From assembly GCA_019424245.1 (NCBI GenBank), contig JAHYZV010000009.1, positions 5,317-69,316 on the forward strand: a stretch of 64,000 bases of DNA, given 5' to 3'. Origin of the DNA: Clostridiales bacterium (GTDB taxonomy: Bacteria > Bacillota > Clostridia > Lachnospirales > Lachnospiraceae). This document shows positions 32,341 to 41,205 of the stretch, one piece after another. Made by a program: the position numbers and the translations under genes. Positions within the stretch are counted from its first letter, which is position 1; each line of letters opens with the position of its first letter. Below the pieces are notes generated by a model. That model saw only the letters and a list, made by a program, of their open reading frames with translations. It was not told the DNA's origin and ran no database searches.

Positions 32341-34008
32341 ATGAAAGAATTCGTACCAAAGATATTTGATGTGATGAAAACATATTCAAAGGGTCAGCTT
32401 GTAAAGGATGTTGTGGCTGGTATTATCGTTGCTATAATAGCACTTCCTTTATCAATAGCGCTTGCCCTTGCATCAGGAGTAAGCCCGGAGCAGGGCATAT
32501 ATACTGCGATATTTGCAGGATTTGTAATATCATTTCTTGGCGGAAGCAGGGTGCAGATAGCAGGTCCCACAGCTGCATTTGCAACAATAGTGGCAGGTAT
32601 AGTAGCCAGAAATGGTATGGATGGATTAATAACAGCCACAATTATGGCTGGTATTATACTTGTAGTTATGGGATTTTTAAAGTTTGGTAATCTTATCAGA
32701 TTTATTCCATATACGATAACAACAGGATTTACTTTTGGTATTGCTGTGACGATAGTTATAGGACAGATTAAGGATTTCCTTGGGCTTACTTATCCAGCAG
32801 GAACTGCGGCAGTTGAGACTATGGATAAGCTGAAGGCTGTTATAGCTAATATAGGAACATTTAATATTAAGGCATTTGTAGTTGGTGTTGTTGCACTTGC
32901 AATTCTTATCATATGGCCAAGGTTTAAGGCACTTGATAAAATACCACCATCACTTATTGCAGTTATAGTATCAGTTCTCATGGTTAAATTCATCGGACCA
33001 TTAAAGGATGTCAATACAATCGGAAGCCTGTATACAATAAAGAAGGGACTTCCAGCGGTAAGTATTCCAAGTGTCAATATTGATATGATTATGACACTTC
33101 TTCCGGATGCGCTTACTATCGCGGTACTTGCAGGTATAGAAAGTCTTCTTTCATGCGTTGTGTCAGACGGTATGATAGGTTCAAGACATAAGCCTAATAT
33201 GGAGCTTGTTGCACAGGGAGCAGGTAATATTGTGTCAGCACTTTTTGGTGGTATTCCGGCAACAGGTGCTATCGCAAGAACAGCAGCCAATGTAAAGAAT
33301 GGTGGACGTACACCTATAGCGGGAATGGTTCATGCGGTTACACTTCTTATTGTGCTTGTAGTGCTTATGCCATATGCGGCATGGATACCTATGCCAGCTA
33401 TTGCAGCGATTCTGTTTATTGTTGCATATAATATGAGTGGCTGGAGAGAAATGGTTAATCTTGTAAAGCACTCACCAAAGTCAGATATTCTTGTACTTCT
33501 TACAACTATGATACTTACTGTTGTATTTGACTTAGTCGTTGCAATAGAGGTAGGTATTGTTATGGCAGCACTTCTCTTTCTTAAGAGAATGGCAGATGTA
33601 ACAGAGGTGAGAAGCTGGAAATATATCGGGGAAGATATTGATGAGAATAATGATCCTGAAAGTATCAATCTAAAGAAGGTTCCAGATAAGACTTTAGTAT
33701 ATGAAGTAATCGGACCAATGTTTTTTGCAGCGGCGGATAAGTTTATGGACATACATATGGAGTCTGATATAAAAGTAGTCATAATCAGAATGCGTGGTGT
33801 TCCAGCTATGGATATATCAGCATTGCGTTCGCTTAAGAATATACATAATGTATGTAAGAAGCGTGGCATAACACTTGTATTATCCCACGTTCAGGAACAG
33901 CCTAAGTCTATGATGGAGAAGGCTGGATTTGCGGCAGAAGTTGGTGAAGAGAATTTCTGTGCCAATATTGATGCAGCACTGGCACATGCACAGGATATCG
34001 TTGGATAA
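32341..34008 (+). CDS. SulP/SLC26 anion transporter with STAS domain
   Basis: AGIIVAIIALP, GGSRVQIAGPTAAF, TGAIARTA and GPMFFAAA (STAS). Confidence 0.93.
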   Translation: MKEFVPKIFDVMKTYSKGQLVKDVVAGIIVAIIALPLSIALALASGVSPEQGIYTAIFAGFVISFLGGSRVQIAGPTAAFATIVAGIVARNGMDGLITATIMAGIILVVMGFLKFGNLIRFIPYTITTGFTFGIAVTIVIGQIKDFLGLTYPAGTAAVETMDKLKAVIANIGTFNIKAFVVGVVALAILIIWPRFKALDKIPPSLIAVIVSVLMVKFIGPLKDVNTIGSLYTIKKGLPAVSIPSVNIDMIMTLLPDALTIAVLAGIESLLSCVVSDGMIGSRHKPNMELVAQGAGNIVSALFGGIPATGAIARTAANVKNGGRTPIAGMVHAVTLLIVLVVLMPYAAWIPMPAIAAILFIVAYNMSGWREMVNLVKHSPKSDILVLLTTMILTVVFDLVVAIEVGIVMAALLFLKRMADVTEVRSWKYIGEDIDENNDPESINLKKVPDKTLVYEVIGPMFFAAADKFMDIHMESDIKVVIIRMRGVPAMDISALRSLKNIHNVCKKRGITLVLSHVQEQPKSMMEKAGFAAEVGEENFCANIDAALAHAQDIVG

Positions 34009-34041
34009 AGGTATGTGACAGCAGATATATAGATATGAATT

Positions 34042-34082
34042 AAACCTCCAGGTCTTTATAATAAAGGCTCTGGAGGTTTTTT
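34042..34082. terminator. Intrinsic terminator between convergent genes
   Basis: AAACCTCCAG...CTGGAGGTTTTTT. Confidence 0.82.
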
Positions 34083-34088
34083 GACTTT

Positions 34089-34919
34089 TTATAAAATGAT
34101 GTCTTTAAGCAGAGCGGCAGCATTGCCACCCTCGATAGCAGTAAGCTCATCAGCTGTCAGACCACTAGTTCTAAGCAGCTTAAGTGACTCAGACTGGTCA
34201 GACCATGGACTGTCTGTTCCAAATAGGATATGGTCAGCGCCGTGGGCACGGACCATCTGAACGAACTTCTCTTTGGACAGGAAGTTGTTGTCAGGAGTGC
34301 TTTTAAGGACAAAAGCTGTGTCAAGCCACACATGAGGAGTTCCGATTAACCGGCTGCATACTTCATCATACATGGACCAGCCGCCCATATGGGCTAATAC
34401 AAGCTTGTGTGGAGGAACTTCTTTTATCATATTAGACAGACGCTCAACACTTGCTTCATCACAGTTTGGAAAGCTTATATCCATACCGCAGTGGATAGTT
34501 ACGATGAGGTCGTTGTCGTTTGCACATTCTATAATTCTAAGATATCTGGGGTCATCTATATTAGTACGTTGAAATACAGGATGAAGCTTGATTCCTGGGA
34601 TGCCGGCTTTTGCAAGATTATTTATTATAGTCTTATAGTCAGCGGTATCTGGATGAATTGTACCAAATGATATTAATCCGGTTTCTTTGGCGGATTGGTT
34701 GGTTTTAATGGCTATTTTATTGATAGTTGTATGTTGTTCTGGCTTGGTTGCTATGGGTAGTAATACAGAGTAATCAATTCCCGCCTTTTTCATAGAAGCT
34801 TTGATAGAGTCTACACGTCCATCCAGATAGTTAGGTATACCTCCGCTTTGCGCAAGACGTCCTACTGCACGGTCAGCAAGTTCGTCTGGAAAGCTGTGAG
34901 TATGAAAATCTATAACCAT
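34089..34919 (-). CDS. Amidohydrolase_2 family metal-dependent hydrolase
   Basis: IDFHTH, GIKLHP, LAHMGG, LFGTDSP. Confidence 0.9.
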   Translation of the reverse strand: MVIDFHTHSFPDELADRAVGRLAQSGGIPNYLDGRVDSIKASMKKAGIDYSVLLPIATKPEQHTTINKIAIKTNQSAKETGLISFGTIHPDTADYKTIINNLAKAGIPGIKLHPVFQRTNIDDPRYLRIIECANDNDLIVTIHCGMDISFPNCDEASVERLSNMIKEVPPHKLVLAHMGGWSMYDEVCSRLIGTPHVWLDTAFVLKSTPDNNFLSKEKFVQMVRAHGADHILFGTDSPWSDQSESLKLLRTSGLTADELTAIEGGNAAALLKDIIL

Positions 34920-35148
34920 ATAAGTCTGGCCTCCTGTTAATATTAATATTAAATGAAATATGAAGCAATATAAGCTGCTTTTAGTTCAGGTCTTTACTAA
35001 GCATTGACATGAATCAAAACTTTTAAACGTCAGTTATTGTTAAAAAGCATTTTAAAGCTGATATTTTAATCTGATGATAGCATAAAATGTAAAATCAAGT
35101 CAAAAAGTAAAAATAATAAAAATCTGTAAATAATAAAAATAATCAAAA

Positions 35149-35178
35149 TGTATAAATCATTACATTTTCCACATACTA
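35149..35178 (+). promoter_or_regulatory. Putative sigma-G promoter of spoVT
   Basis: TGTATA-17 nt-CATACTA matches the sigma-G consensus; spoVT is sigma-G controlled in B. subtilis. Confidence 0.65.
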
Positions 35179-35240
35179 CACATACAGCATAATTATGGTA
35201 AAAAATGTGCATATAGTCAGGAAAAGGAGGCTTATGTTAT

Positions 35241-35783
35241 ATGAAGGCAACAGGTATTGTCCGACGGATTGATGATCTTGGCAGAATAGTCATACCAAAG
35301 GAAATCAGAAGAACATTACGGATACGGGAAACTGATCCTATGGAAATATATACGGATATAGATGGACAGATAGTGCTTAAGAAGTATTCGCCGATGGGAG
35401 ATATAACTGCTATGGCAGAGGAATACGTAAAAACACTGGCTGAAAATACGGGTATGACAGCAGCTATAACTGACAGAGATCATGTTATTGCAGCGGCAGG
35501 AAACGAAAAAAAATATATTCTTGGAAAACAGATATCAAGAGAACTGAATGCTGTTATGGATGAAAGAAAAAGTGTTATGGCAGGCTGTACAGATACATCA
35601 TATGTGTCTGTTGTATCGGGTTATGAGTGCAAAGAAGAGGTGATAAGTCCTATAATATGTGCTGGCGATGTATTAGGCTCTGTTATTATGTTTACTAAAG
35701 ATAACGGATATAAGTTTACAGAGTGGGAAAAATGTATAGTAAAAGTTGCAGCTGATTTTCTTGGGAAACATATGGAAAGCTGA
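35241..35783 (+). CDS. spoVT: Stage V sporulation regulator SpoVT
   Basis: MKATGIVRRIDDLGRIVIPKEIRRTL AbrB domain plus GAF domain. Confidence 0.96.
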   Translation: MKATGIVRRIDDLGRIVIPKEIRRTLRIRETDPMEIYTDIDGQIVLKKYSPMGDITAMAEEYVKTLAENTGMTAAITDRDHVIAAAGNEKKYILGKQISRELNAVMDERKSVMAGCTDTSYVSVVSGYECKEEVISPIICAGDVLGSVIMFTKDNGYKFTEWEKCIVKVAADFLGKHMES

Positions 35784-35891
35784 TTGTACTTGCCATGAGT
35801 ATTGCATATAGGCTATACTATGCATACGCATAGGTTCAAGGCTTTGGTATATACGGAAATGCTTATGAATCTGTGACATGGCATGATATAT

Positions 35892-35930
35892 GGGAGGTGC
35901 TATGCCATAAACAGTGGCACTTCCTTTTTT
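35892..35930 (+). terminator. Intrinsic terminator after spoVT
   Basis: GGGAGGTGCTA...TGGCACTTCC followed by T6. Confidence 0.75.
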
Positions 35931-36003
35931 CAATGCACAATAAAGCATGAATAAAACAAAGGAAATATAAAGATTAAGAGGCATAAGGAAAAGGAGACAG
36001 GCT

Positions 36004-36243
36004 ATGAGATTAGACAAGTACTTAAAGGTATCAAGACTTATAAAAAGACGTACAGTAGCCAACGATGCATGTGATGCAGGAAGAGTTATGATTAATGATA
36101 AGGTTGCCAAGGCATCAGCTGATGTAAAAGCAGGAGATATTATAGAGATATCCTTTGGCAATAAGAATGTTAAGGTGAAAGTAACAGATGTGAAGGATAC
36201 TGTAAAAAAAGAAGAAGCTAAAGAAATGTTTGAATATATTTAA
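36004..36243 (+). CDS. yabO: S4-domain RNA-binding protein YabO/RqcP
   Basis: MRLDKYLKVSRLIKRRTVA. Confidence 0.93.
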   Translation: MRLDKYLKVSRLIKRRTVANDACDAGRVMINDKVAKASADVKAGDIIEISFGNKNVKVKVTDVKDTVKKEEAKEMFEYI

Positions 36244-36252
36244 GAATCAAAG

Positions 36253-36281
36253 TCATATTTTCATATATTCCCCAATATATT
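36253..36281 (+). promoter_or_regulatory. Putative sigma-E promoter of yabPQ
   Basis: TCATATT-14 nt-AATATATT. Confidence 0.5.
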
Positions 36282-36330
36282 AGACAAGTAGATATAAAAT
36301 AGGCTTGTTCATGATTGAAGGGAGTTGTGG

Positions 36331-36621
36331 ATGATGGAGGAAACAAGACGTGTAAGACATCCTCATACAGTTCATATGGAGGATAGAAAAAAAGTTGAAT
36401 TCACAGGGATTACAGATGTTATATCATTTGAACCGGTTAAGGTCATGTTAGAATCAGATTATGGAGTTATTGTTATAAAAGGAGATGCACTTCACGTAAA
36501 TAAGCTGTCAGTGGAAAAGGGAGAACTGGATGTAGATGGAAGAATAGACTCAATAGTTTATTCGCAGAATAGTACAGCGGGTAAAAAGGGTGAGCCCCTT
36601 ATAAACAGGCTGTTTAGGTAG
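36331..36621 (+). CDS. yabP: Sporulation protein YabP
   Basis: TGITDVISF...IKGDALHVNKLSVEKGELDVDG; synteny. Confidence 0.9.
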   Translation: MMEETRRVRHPHTVHMEDRKKVEFTGITDVISFEPVKVMLESDYGVIVIKGDALHVNKLSVEKGELDVDGRIDSIVYSQNSTAGKKGEPLINRLFR

Positions 36622-36629
36622 TATAAGCT

Positions 36630-37154
36630 ATGACAGCAGAGATTGTATGGGAGGGCAGTACGCTTTGCAGGACACTCTGGTGGGGAATGGTATTTGCAGC
36701 GGAGTATGATACAATAAGGATATTTAGAAGAATAGTAAAACATAATATGCTTGTTATCATGGTTCTTGAGGATATGGCATACTGGATATATGTATCAATA
36801 AAAATATTTTCTATATGTTTTTATGTTAATGATGGGGTTATAAGGGCTTTTATTATAGCGGGTTTTATTATGGGTGCAGGGCTTTATGTTAAGGCATTAA
36901 GCAGATATTACATAAAATATGGTGTTAAGCTTATATCCTTTTTTATAAAAATAGTCAGTATAATCATAATAAAACCATTGAAATTCATTTTATCTATGGT
37001 TAGAATGATATCAGGAAAGCTGTTGTTTCCTGTAAAGTTATGTTGCCGGTATATTAAGAGCAAAATACCTTTTAAATCTGACATCATTAAACATAAAAAA
37101 AAGAAAATCATAAACGATAATTATGATAATGACATTAGTAATAAGCAGTCTTAG
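36630..37154 (+). CDS. yabQ: Spore cortex biosynthesis protein YabQ
   Basis: YDTIRIFRR...EDMAYW...NDGVIR hydrophobic protein after yabP. Confidence 0.85.
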   Translation: MTAEIVWEGSTLCRTLWWGMVFAAEYDTIRIFRRIVKHNMLVIMVLEDMAYWIYVSIKIFSICFYVNDGVIRAFIIAGFIMGAGLYVKALSRYYIKYGVKLISFFIKIVSIIIIKPLKFILSMVRMISGKLLFPVKLCCRYIKSKIPFKSDIIKHKKKKIINDNYDNDISNKQS

Positions 37155-37192
37155 ATAAATATAAAGATGTATACAGAATTGGAGCGGTATAT

Positions 37193-37519
37193 ATGAAATT
37201 TGAAACAAGAAGAGAACGGGAACTCCGTAGAAAGAGACAAAAGCGTTCAGCTATATTAGGTATGGTGTTTGCTATACTTGTTGTTATCGGACTTGGCATA
37301 CTGTTATGGAATGGAAAGAAGAATATTGAAGCTAAGAATGTTGAATATGAAAAAGAAATATCACAGCTTCAGGCACAGGTAGATAGTGAACAGAAACGTA
37401 CAGATGAACTTAATGAATACAAAAAATATATACAGACTAAAAAGTTTGTCGAGGAAGTTGCTAAAGATAAGTTTGGTCTTGTGTATCCTGATGAGATAAT
37501 ATTCAGAGGAAAGAAGTAG
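37193..37519 (+). CDS. divIC: Septum formation initiator DivIC/FtsB
   Basis: TM helix, coiled coil, EEVAKDKFGLVYPDE; synteny. Confidence 0.85.
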   Translation: MKFETRRERELRRKRQKRSAILGMVFAILVVIGLGILLWNGKKNIEAKNVEYEKEISQLQAQVDSEQKRTDELNEYKKYIQTKKFVEEVAKDKFGLVYPDEIIFRGKK

Positions 37520-37716
37520 ATGAATATAAGCACATAGTATATAGCAGAAAGCACTGTTATGTACATGTGCTTTTATTGTTGTTACATCGGCTGGGAGTAA
37601 AATATTTTTTGATACTTGTATCTTCACGGGCATTTAACACAATATGACATTTTTTTTTATATGTATGTGTATATAATGATGTCTGTTAAATGGAAAAGTA
37701 TATGAAGTATCGTAAG

Positions 37717-37811
37717 GGGAGATTAGTGTGAAAAATAAGATTTTTCACACGCAAGATTTGAGCTTCGCACAAACTTGAGATGCGCTGAAAAGCAGCGCAA
37801 GAATGGAGATT
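37717..37811 (+). repeat. Palindromic dispersed repeat, long (3-hairpin) copy, at the spoIIE RBS
   Basis: First 40 bp identical to the reverse complement of 56559-56598; bracketed by GGAGATT direct repeats. Confidence 0.9.
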
Positions 37812-37814
37812 ATT

Positions 37815-38936
37815 ATGAGTAGATGTGATGAGTTGTGTATGACATATACAGTTAACAGGCTTTCAGAAACAGCAAAAACATTCAGAAGATTAGGGGAAAC
37901 GTATGAATGTGCTTCAGGTGATGAGGCAAAAAGTCCAAGCTTTAAGAGGCAGCTGTTTTTAGTTGCAGATATTCTTGATGATTGTACTCTTATGCAGCTG
38001 GAAGCAGACAAGCCTGCTAAAGGCCTGCTAAGGGATATGTCATCAAGAGCACTTATATCAGGTATTGTTATCAGAGAAGTAAATATACTTAAAAGCAAAA
38101 ATGGAAAAAATGAGGTTGTTGTACAGGCAAGGACACTTGGGAAGGGCTGCACATCAGAAAGAAAGATAAGAAAAATCATATCAGATGTATTTGGTGGCGG
38201 GTATTATTCAGACCATAACAACAGGCTTGTTGTGAATGAAGAATGTCAGCAATATGTATATCATCAGGAGAACAGATTCAGATTCCTTTCAGGTGTGGCA
38301 AGGGAATGTAAGGATAAAAGTGGATTTAATGGGGATAATTTCATGGTTTCCAATCTTTCCTGTGGAAAAGTTGTTGCAGCTATAGCTGATGGATGTGGAA
38401 GTGGTAAAAGAGCATTCATAGAGAGCCGTATGGTTATAGAACTTATGGAAAACTGCATAGATGCCGGATTTGAGGAAAAAACAGCAATAGATTTTATTAA
38501 TTCAGCATATATCAATGGTGGAGGCATGGGGAATCCTGTAACTATGGATATGAGTGTTGTTGACTGCCAGTCAGGTATAATGCACTGCATAAAAATGGGA
38601 GCGGTATCAACATTTATAAAAAGAGAAGGCTGGGTTGAAATAATAAAGTCATCAACGCTTCCTATGGGAGTTTTAGAGCAGGTTGACTATGATTGTACAG
38701 ACAAGAAGCTATATGACGGAGATTATGTTATAATGATAAGCGACGGCGTACTTGATAATCTTCCATGTGTGAACAAGGAAGAAAAGCTTGTCGAGATAAT
38801 CAACAGTGTGAGGATGAAGAAGCCAAAGGCAATAGCTGATGAAATATTAAAAAAGTCAATGGGATATAATCATGAAAAGGTTTTTGATGATTGTACGGTT
38901 CTTGTCTTCGGGCTGTTTGATACATATACAAAATGA
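37815..38936 (+). CDS. spoIIE: SpoIIE PP2C-type phosphatase lacking the N-terminal membrane domain
   Basis: GDNF, ADGCGSG, SDGVLD and DDCT PP2C metal ligands; canonical divIC-spoIIE-tilS position. Confidence 0.82.
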   Translation: MSRCDELCMTYTVNRLSETAKTFRRLGETYECASGDEAKSPSFKRQLFLVADILDDCTLMQLEADKPAKGLLRDMSSRALISGIVIREVNILKSKNGKNEVVVQARTLGKGCTSERKIRKIISDVFGGGYYSDHNNRLVVNEECQQYVYHQENRFRFLSGVARECKDKSGFNGDNFMVSNLSCGKVVAAIADGCGSGKRAFIESRMVIELMENCIDAGFEEKTAIDFINSAYINGGGMGNPVTMDMSVVDCQSGIMHCIKMGAVSTFIKREGWVEIIKSSTLPMGVLEQVDYDCTDKKLYDGDYVIMISDGVLDNLPCVNKEEKLVEIINSVRMKKPKAIADEILKKSMGYNHEKVFDDCTVLVFGLFDTYTK

Positions 38937-39018
38937 TAATGATGTAAGAAACAAAATACTTTTGTCACTTACATATGATAGCAGGATAAGTAAATAAAGG
39001 TATATAAAGAGGAAAGAT

Positions 39019-40575
39019 ATGGATAAACATACAGTAAAAACAGAGCGGGCAGTATATAGTTATATAAGAAGCAATCATATGTTTGATGATTGTAAGCATA
39101 TCATAACAGGAGTTTCAGGCGGAGCAGATTCAGTCTGCCTTTTACTCATGCTATGTGATTATGTTAAAAAATATCAGCCGGATGTATGTATACATGCTGT
39201 TCATGTTAATCATATGATAAGACAGGAAGCATTATCAGATGAGGAATTCACAAAGAAATTATGTGAAAAACACGGGGTTGACTGTTACGTGGAACATATA
39301 GATTGTGAGGGGATTGCAAGAAAAAATAATCTTACAGTAGAAGAGGCAGGAAGGCTTGAAAGATATAGGATATTTAATGAGATAGCCAAAAAATATGCAT
39401 ATGATGGTAAATCTATGATATCAGTTGCACATCATATGAATGACCAGGCTGAAACTGTTATTATGAATATGGCGCGGGGTACTTCATTAAAGGGTGTACG
39501 TGGAATAGTACCGGTGCGTGATAACATTTGCAGACCTTTGTTGTGTATAACAAGAAGCCAGATAGAAGGTTACTTAACAGCAAGAGGACAGTCATATGTC
39601 ACAGACATTACTAATTATGATAATGATTATACAAGAAATGCTATAAGAAATGTAATACTTCCATATATGTGTGAGCATATTAATAAAAGAGCGGTAAATA
39701 ATATATCGTCTATGGCAGAAGATATAAGGGAAGCAGATGAATATATAGACAGGCAGACAGACAGGCTGTATGAGGAATGTGTGTATGAGAGTATACAGGA
39801 TCACAAAGAGACAGGTGGAAACAATAATGAAACTGACATTATAAGGATAGCACTGGATAAGCTTAATAAGGCTGATATGCTGCTTGTTAAGAGGGTTATT
39901 TATAAATGTCTTGTCAGGCTGGCTGGAAGGGCAAAGGATATATATTCTGTTAATGTTGCTGATATAGCTGCACTTTCAGGAATGCAGACAGGAAAAAAGA
40001 TACATTCAGTATATGGCATACAGGCAGAAAGAGAATATGATTATATAGTTCTTAAAAAGAATATAACAGATTTAAAAGATACGTATAAGGCAGCAGTAGA
40101 TATAAGCAGTCTTGACGTGAATGGCGAAGCGTTAAAGATTAGTGTTGACAAGGATATATATATTGCAGGATATGGGGAAAAATATGTATCTGATATTACA
40201 TTTTCGCTTGTTGATAAAAAAATATCTTTTAAGAATGATGAAAATACAGAAACTAGTGGTAAAATTCTCATAAATAAATCAAATAATGTCTATGCTAAAT
40301 ATTATGATTATGATAAAATTAATAAATTACTGGATATAAGATTCAGAAAACCACAGGATGATATTGTGGTATCTAAGGATGGAAGTACTAAAAAACTAAA
40401 AAAAGAACTTGTAGATAGAAAGATACCATCAGCATACAGGGATAATGTACTTCTTGTATGCGATAAGAATCATGTGTTATGGGCGTGCGGCGTAAGAAGG
40501 TGTGAGAGCTTCCTTGTGGATGATGAAACCAGCTGCGTGCTTCAGATATTGATTAATATGAAAGAGAGGAACTAA
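39019..40575 (+). CDS. tilS: tRNA(Ile)-lysidine synthase
   Basis: SGGADS PP-loop, AHHMNDQAET, RPLL, YTRNAIR. Confidence 0.95.
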   Translation: MDKHTVKTERAVYSYIRSNHMFDDCKHIITGVSGGADSVCLLLMLCDYVKKYQPDVCIHAVHVNHMIRQEALSDEEFTKKLCEKHGVDCYVEHIDCEGIARKNNLTVEEAGRLERYRIFNEIAKKYAYDGKSMISVAHHMNDQAETVIMNMARGTSLKGVRGIVPVRDNICRPLLCITRSQIEGYLTARGQSYVTDITNYDNDYTRNAIRNVILPYMCEHINKRAVNNISSMAEDIREADEYIDRQTDRLYEECVYESIQDHKETGGNNNETDIIRIALDKLNKADMLLVKRVIYKCLVRLAGRAKDIYSVNVADIAALSGMQTGKKIHSVYGIQAEREYDYIVLKKNITDLKDTYKAAVDISSLDVNGEALKISVDKDIYIAGYGEKYVSDITFSLVDKKISFKNDENTETSGKILINKSNNVYAKYYDYDKINKLLDIRFRKPQDDIVVSKDGSTKKLKKELVDRKIPSAYRDNVLLVCDKNHVLWACGVRRCESFLVDDETSCVLQILINMKERN

Positions 40576-40577
40576 AT

Positions 40578-41117
40578 ATGGCAGATATGCATAAGATAAG
40601 TGTCATGATATCAGAGGAAGAGTTACAGGCAAAAATATCAGAGCTTGGTGAGAAAATCAGCGCAGATTATGAAGGGAAGGAAGTAAAGCTTATATGTATA
40701 CTTAAGGGAAGCGTATTCTTTTGCTGTGAGTTAGCTAAAAGAATCACCGTTCCTGTAAAGATAGATTTCATGCAGACTTCAAGCTATGGAAGTGGAACAA
40801 AGTCAAGTGGAAATATAGTTATAAAGAAAGAACTTGATGAATCTATAGAAGGCGAGCATGTTATTGTGGTTGAGGATATTATTGATTCTGGTAATACTCT
40901 CTACAGGCTTATGCCTATGCTTAAGGAACGTAATCCAGAAGATATATGTATATGTACACTTCTTGATAAGCCGGACAGGAGAGAAGTTGATATAGATGTA
41001 AAGTACAACGGATTCAACATCCCAGATGAATTCGTAGTTGGATATGGTCTTGATTATGATCAGAGATATAGAAATCTCCCATTTATAGGTGTTGTACATC
41101 TTGATGATGGGGAATAA
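40578..41117 (+). CDS. hpt: Hypoxanthine phosphoribosyltransferase
   Basis: VVEDIIDSGNT PRPP motif, FVVGYGLD. Confidence 0.97.
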   Translation: MADMHKISVMISEEELQAKISELGEKISADYEGKEVKLICILKGSVFFCCELAKRITVPVKIDFMQTSSYGSGTKSSGNIVIKKELDESIEGEHVIVVEDIIDSGNTLYRLMPMLKERNPEDICICTLLDKPDRREVDIDVKYNGFNIPDEFVVGYGLDYDQRYRNLPFIGVVHLDDGE

Positions 41118-41205
41118 TGCGTTAGAGCTGATAACTGCAGCATATCATATCAGGCAGCGGGCATCTGATATTAATCAGGAAAATGCATAAGAATGGAGAG
41201 TTATA

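Noticed and set aside
35673..36161. 162-aa minus-strand ORF
   Set aside because: Antisense shadow over yabO and spoVT with no recognisable motif
37745..38179. 144-aa minus-strand ORF reaching into the repeat element
   Set aside because: Antisense shadow of spoIIE with no transposase or other motif
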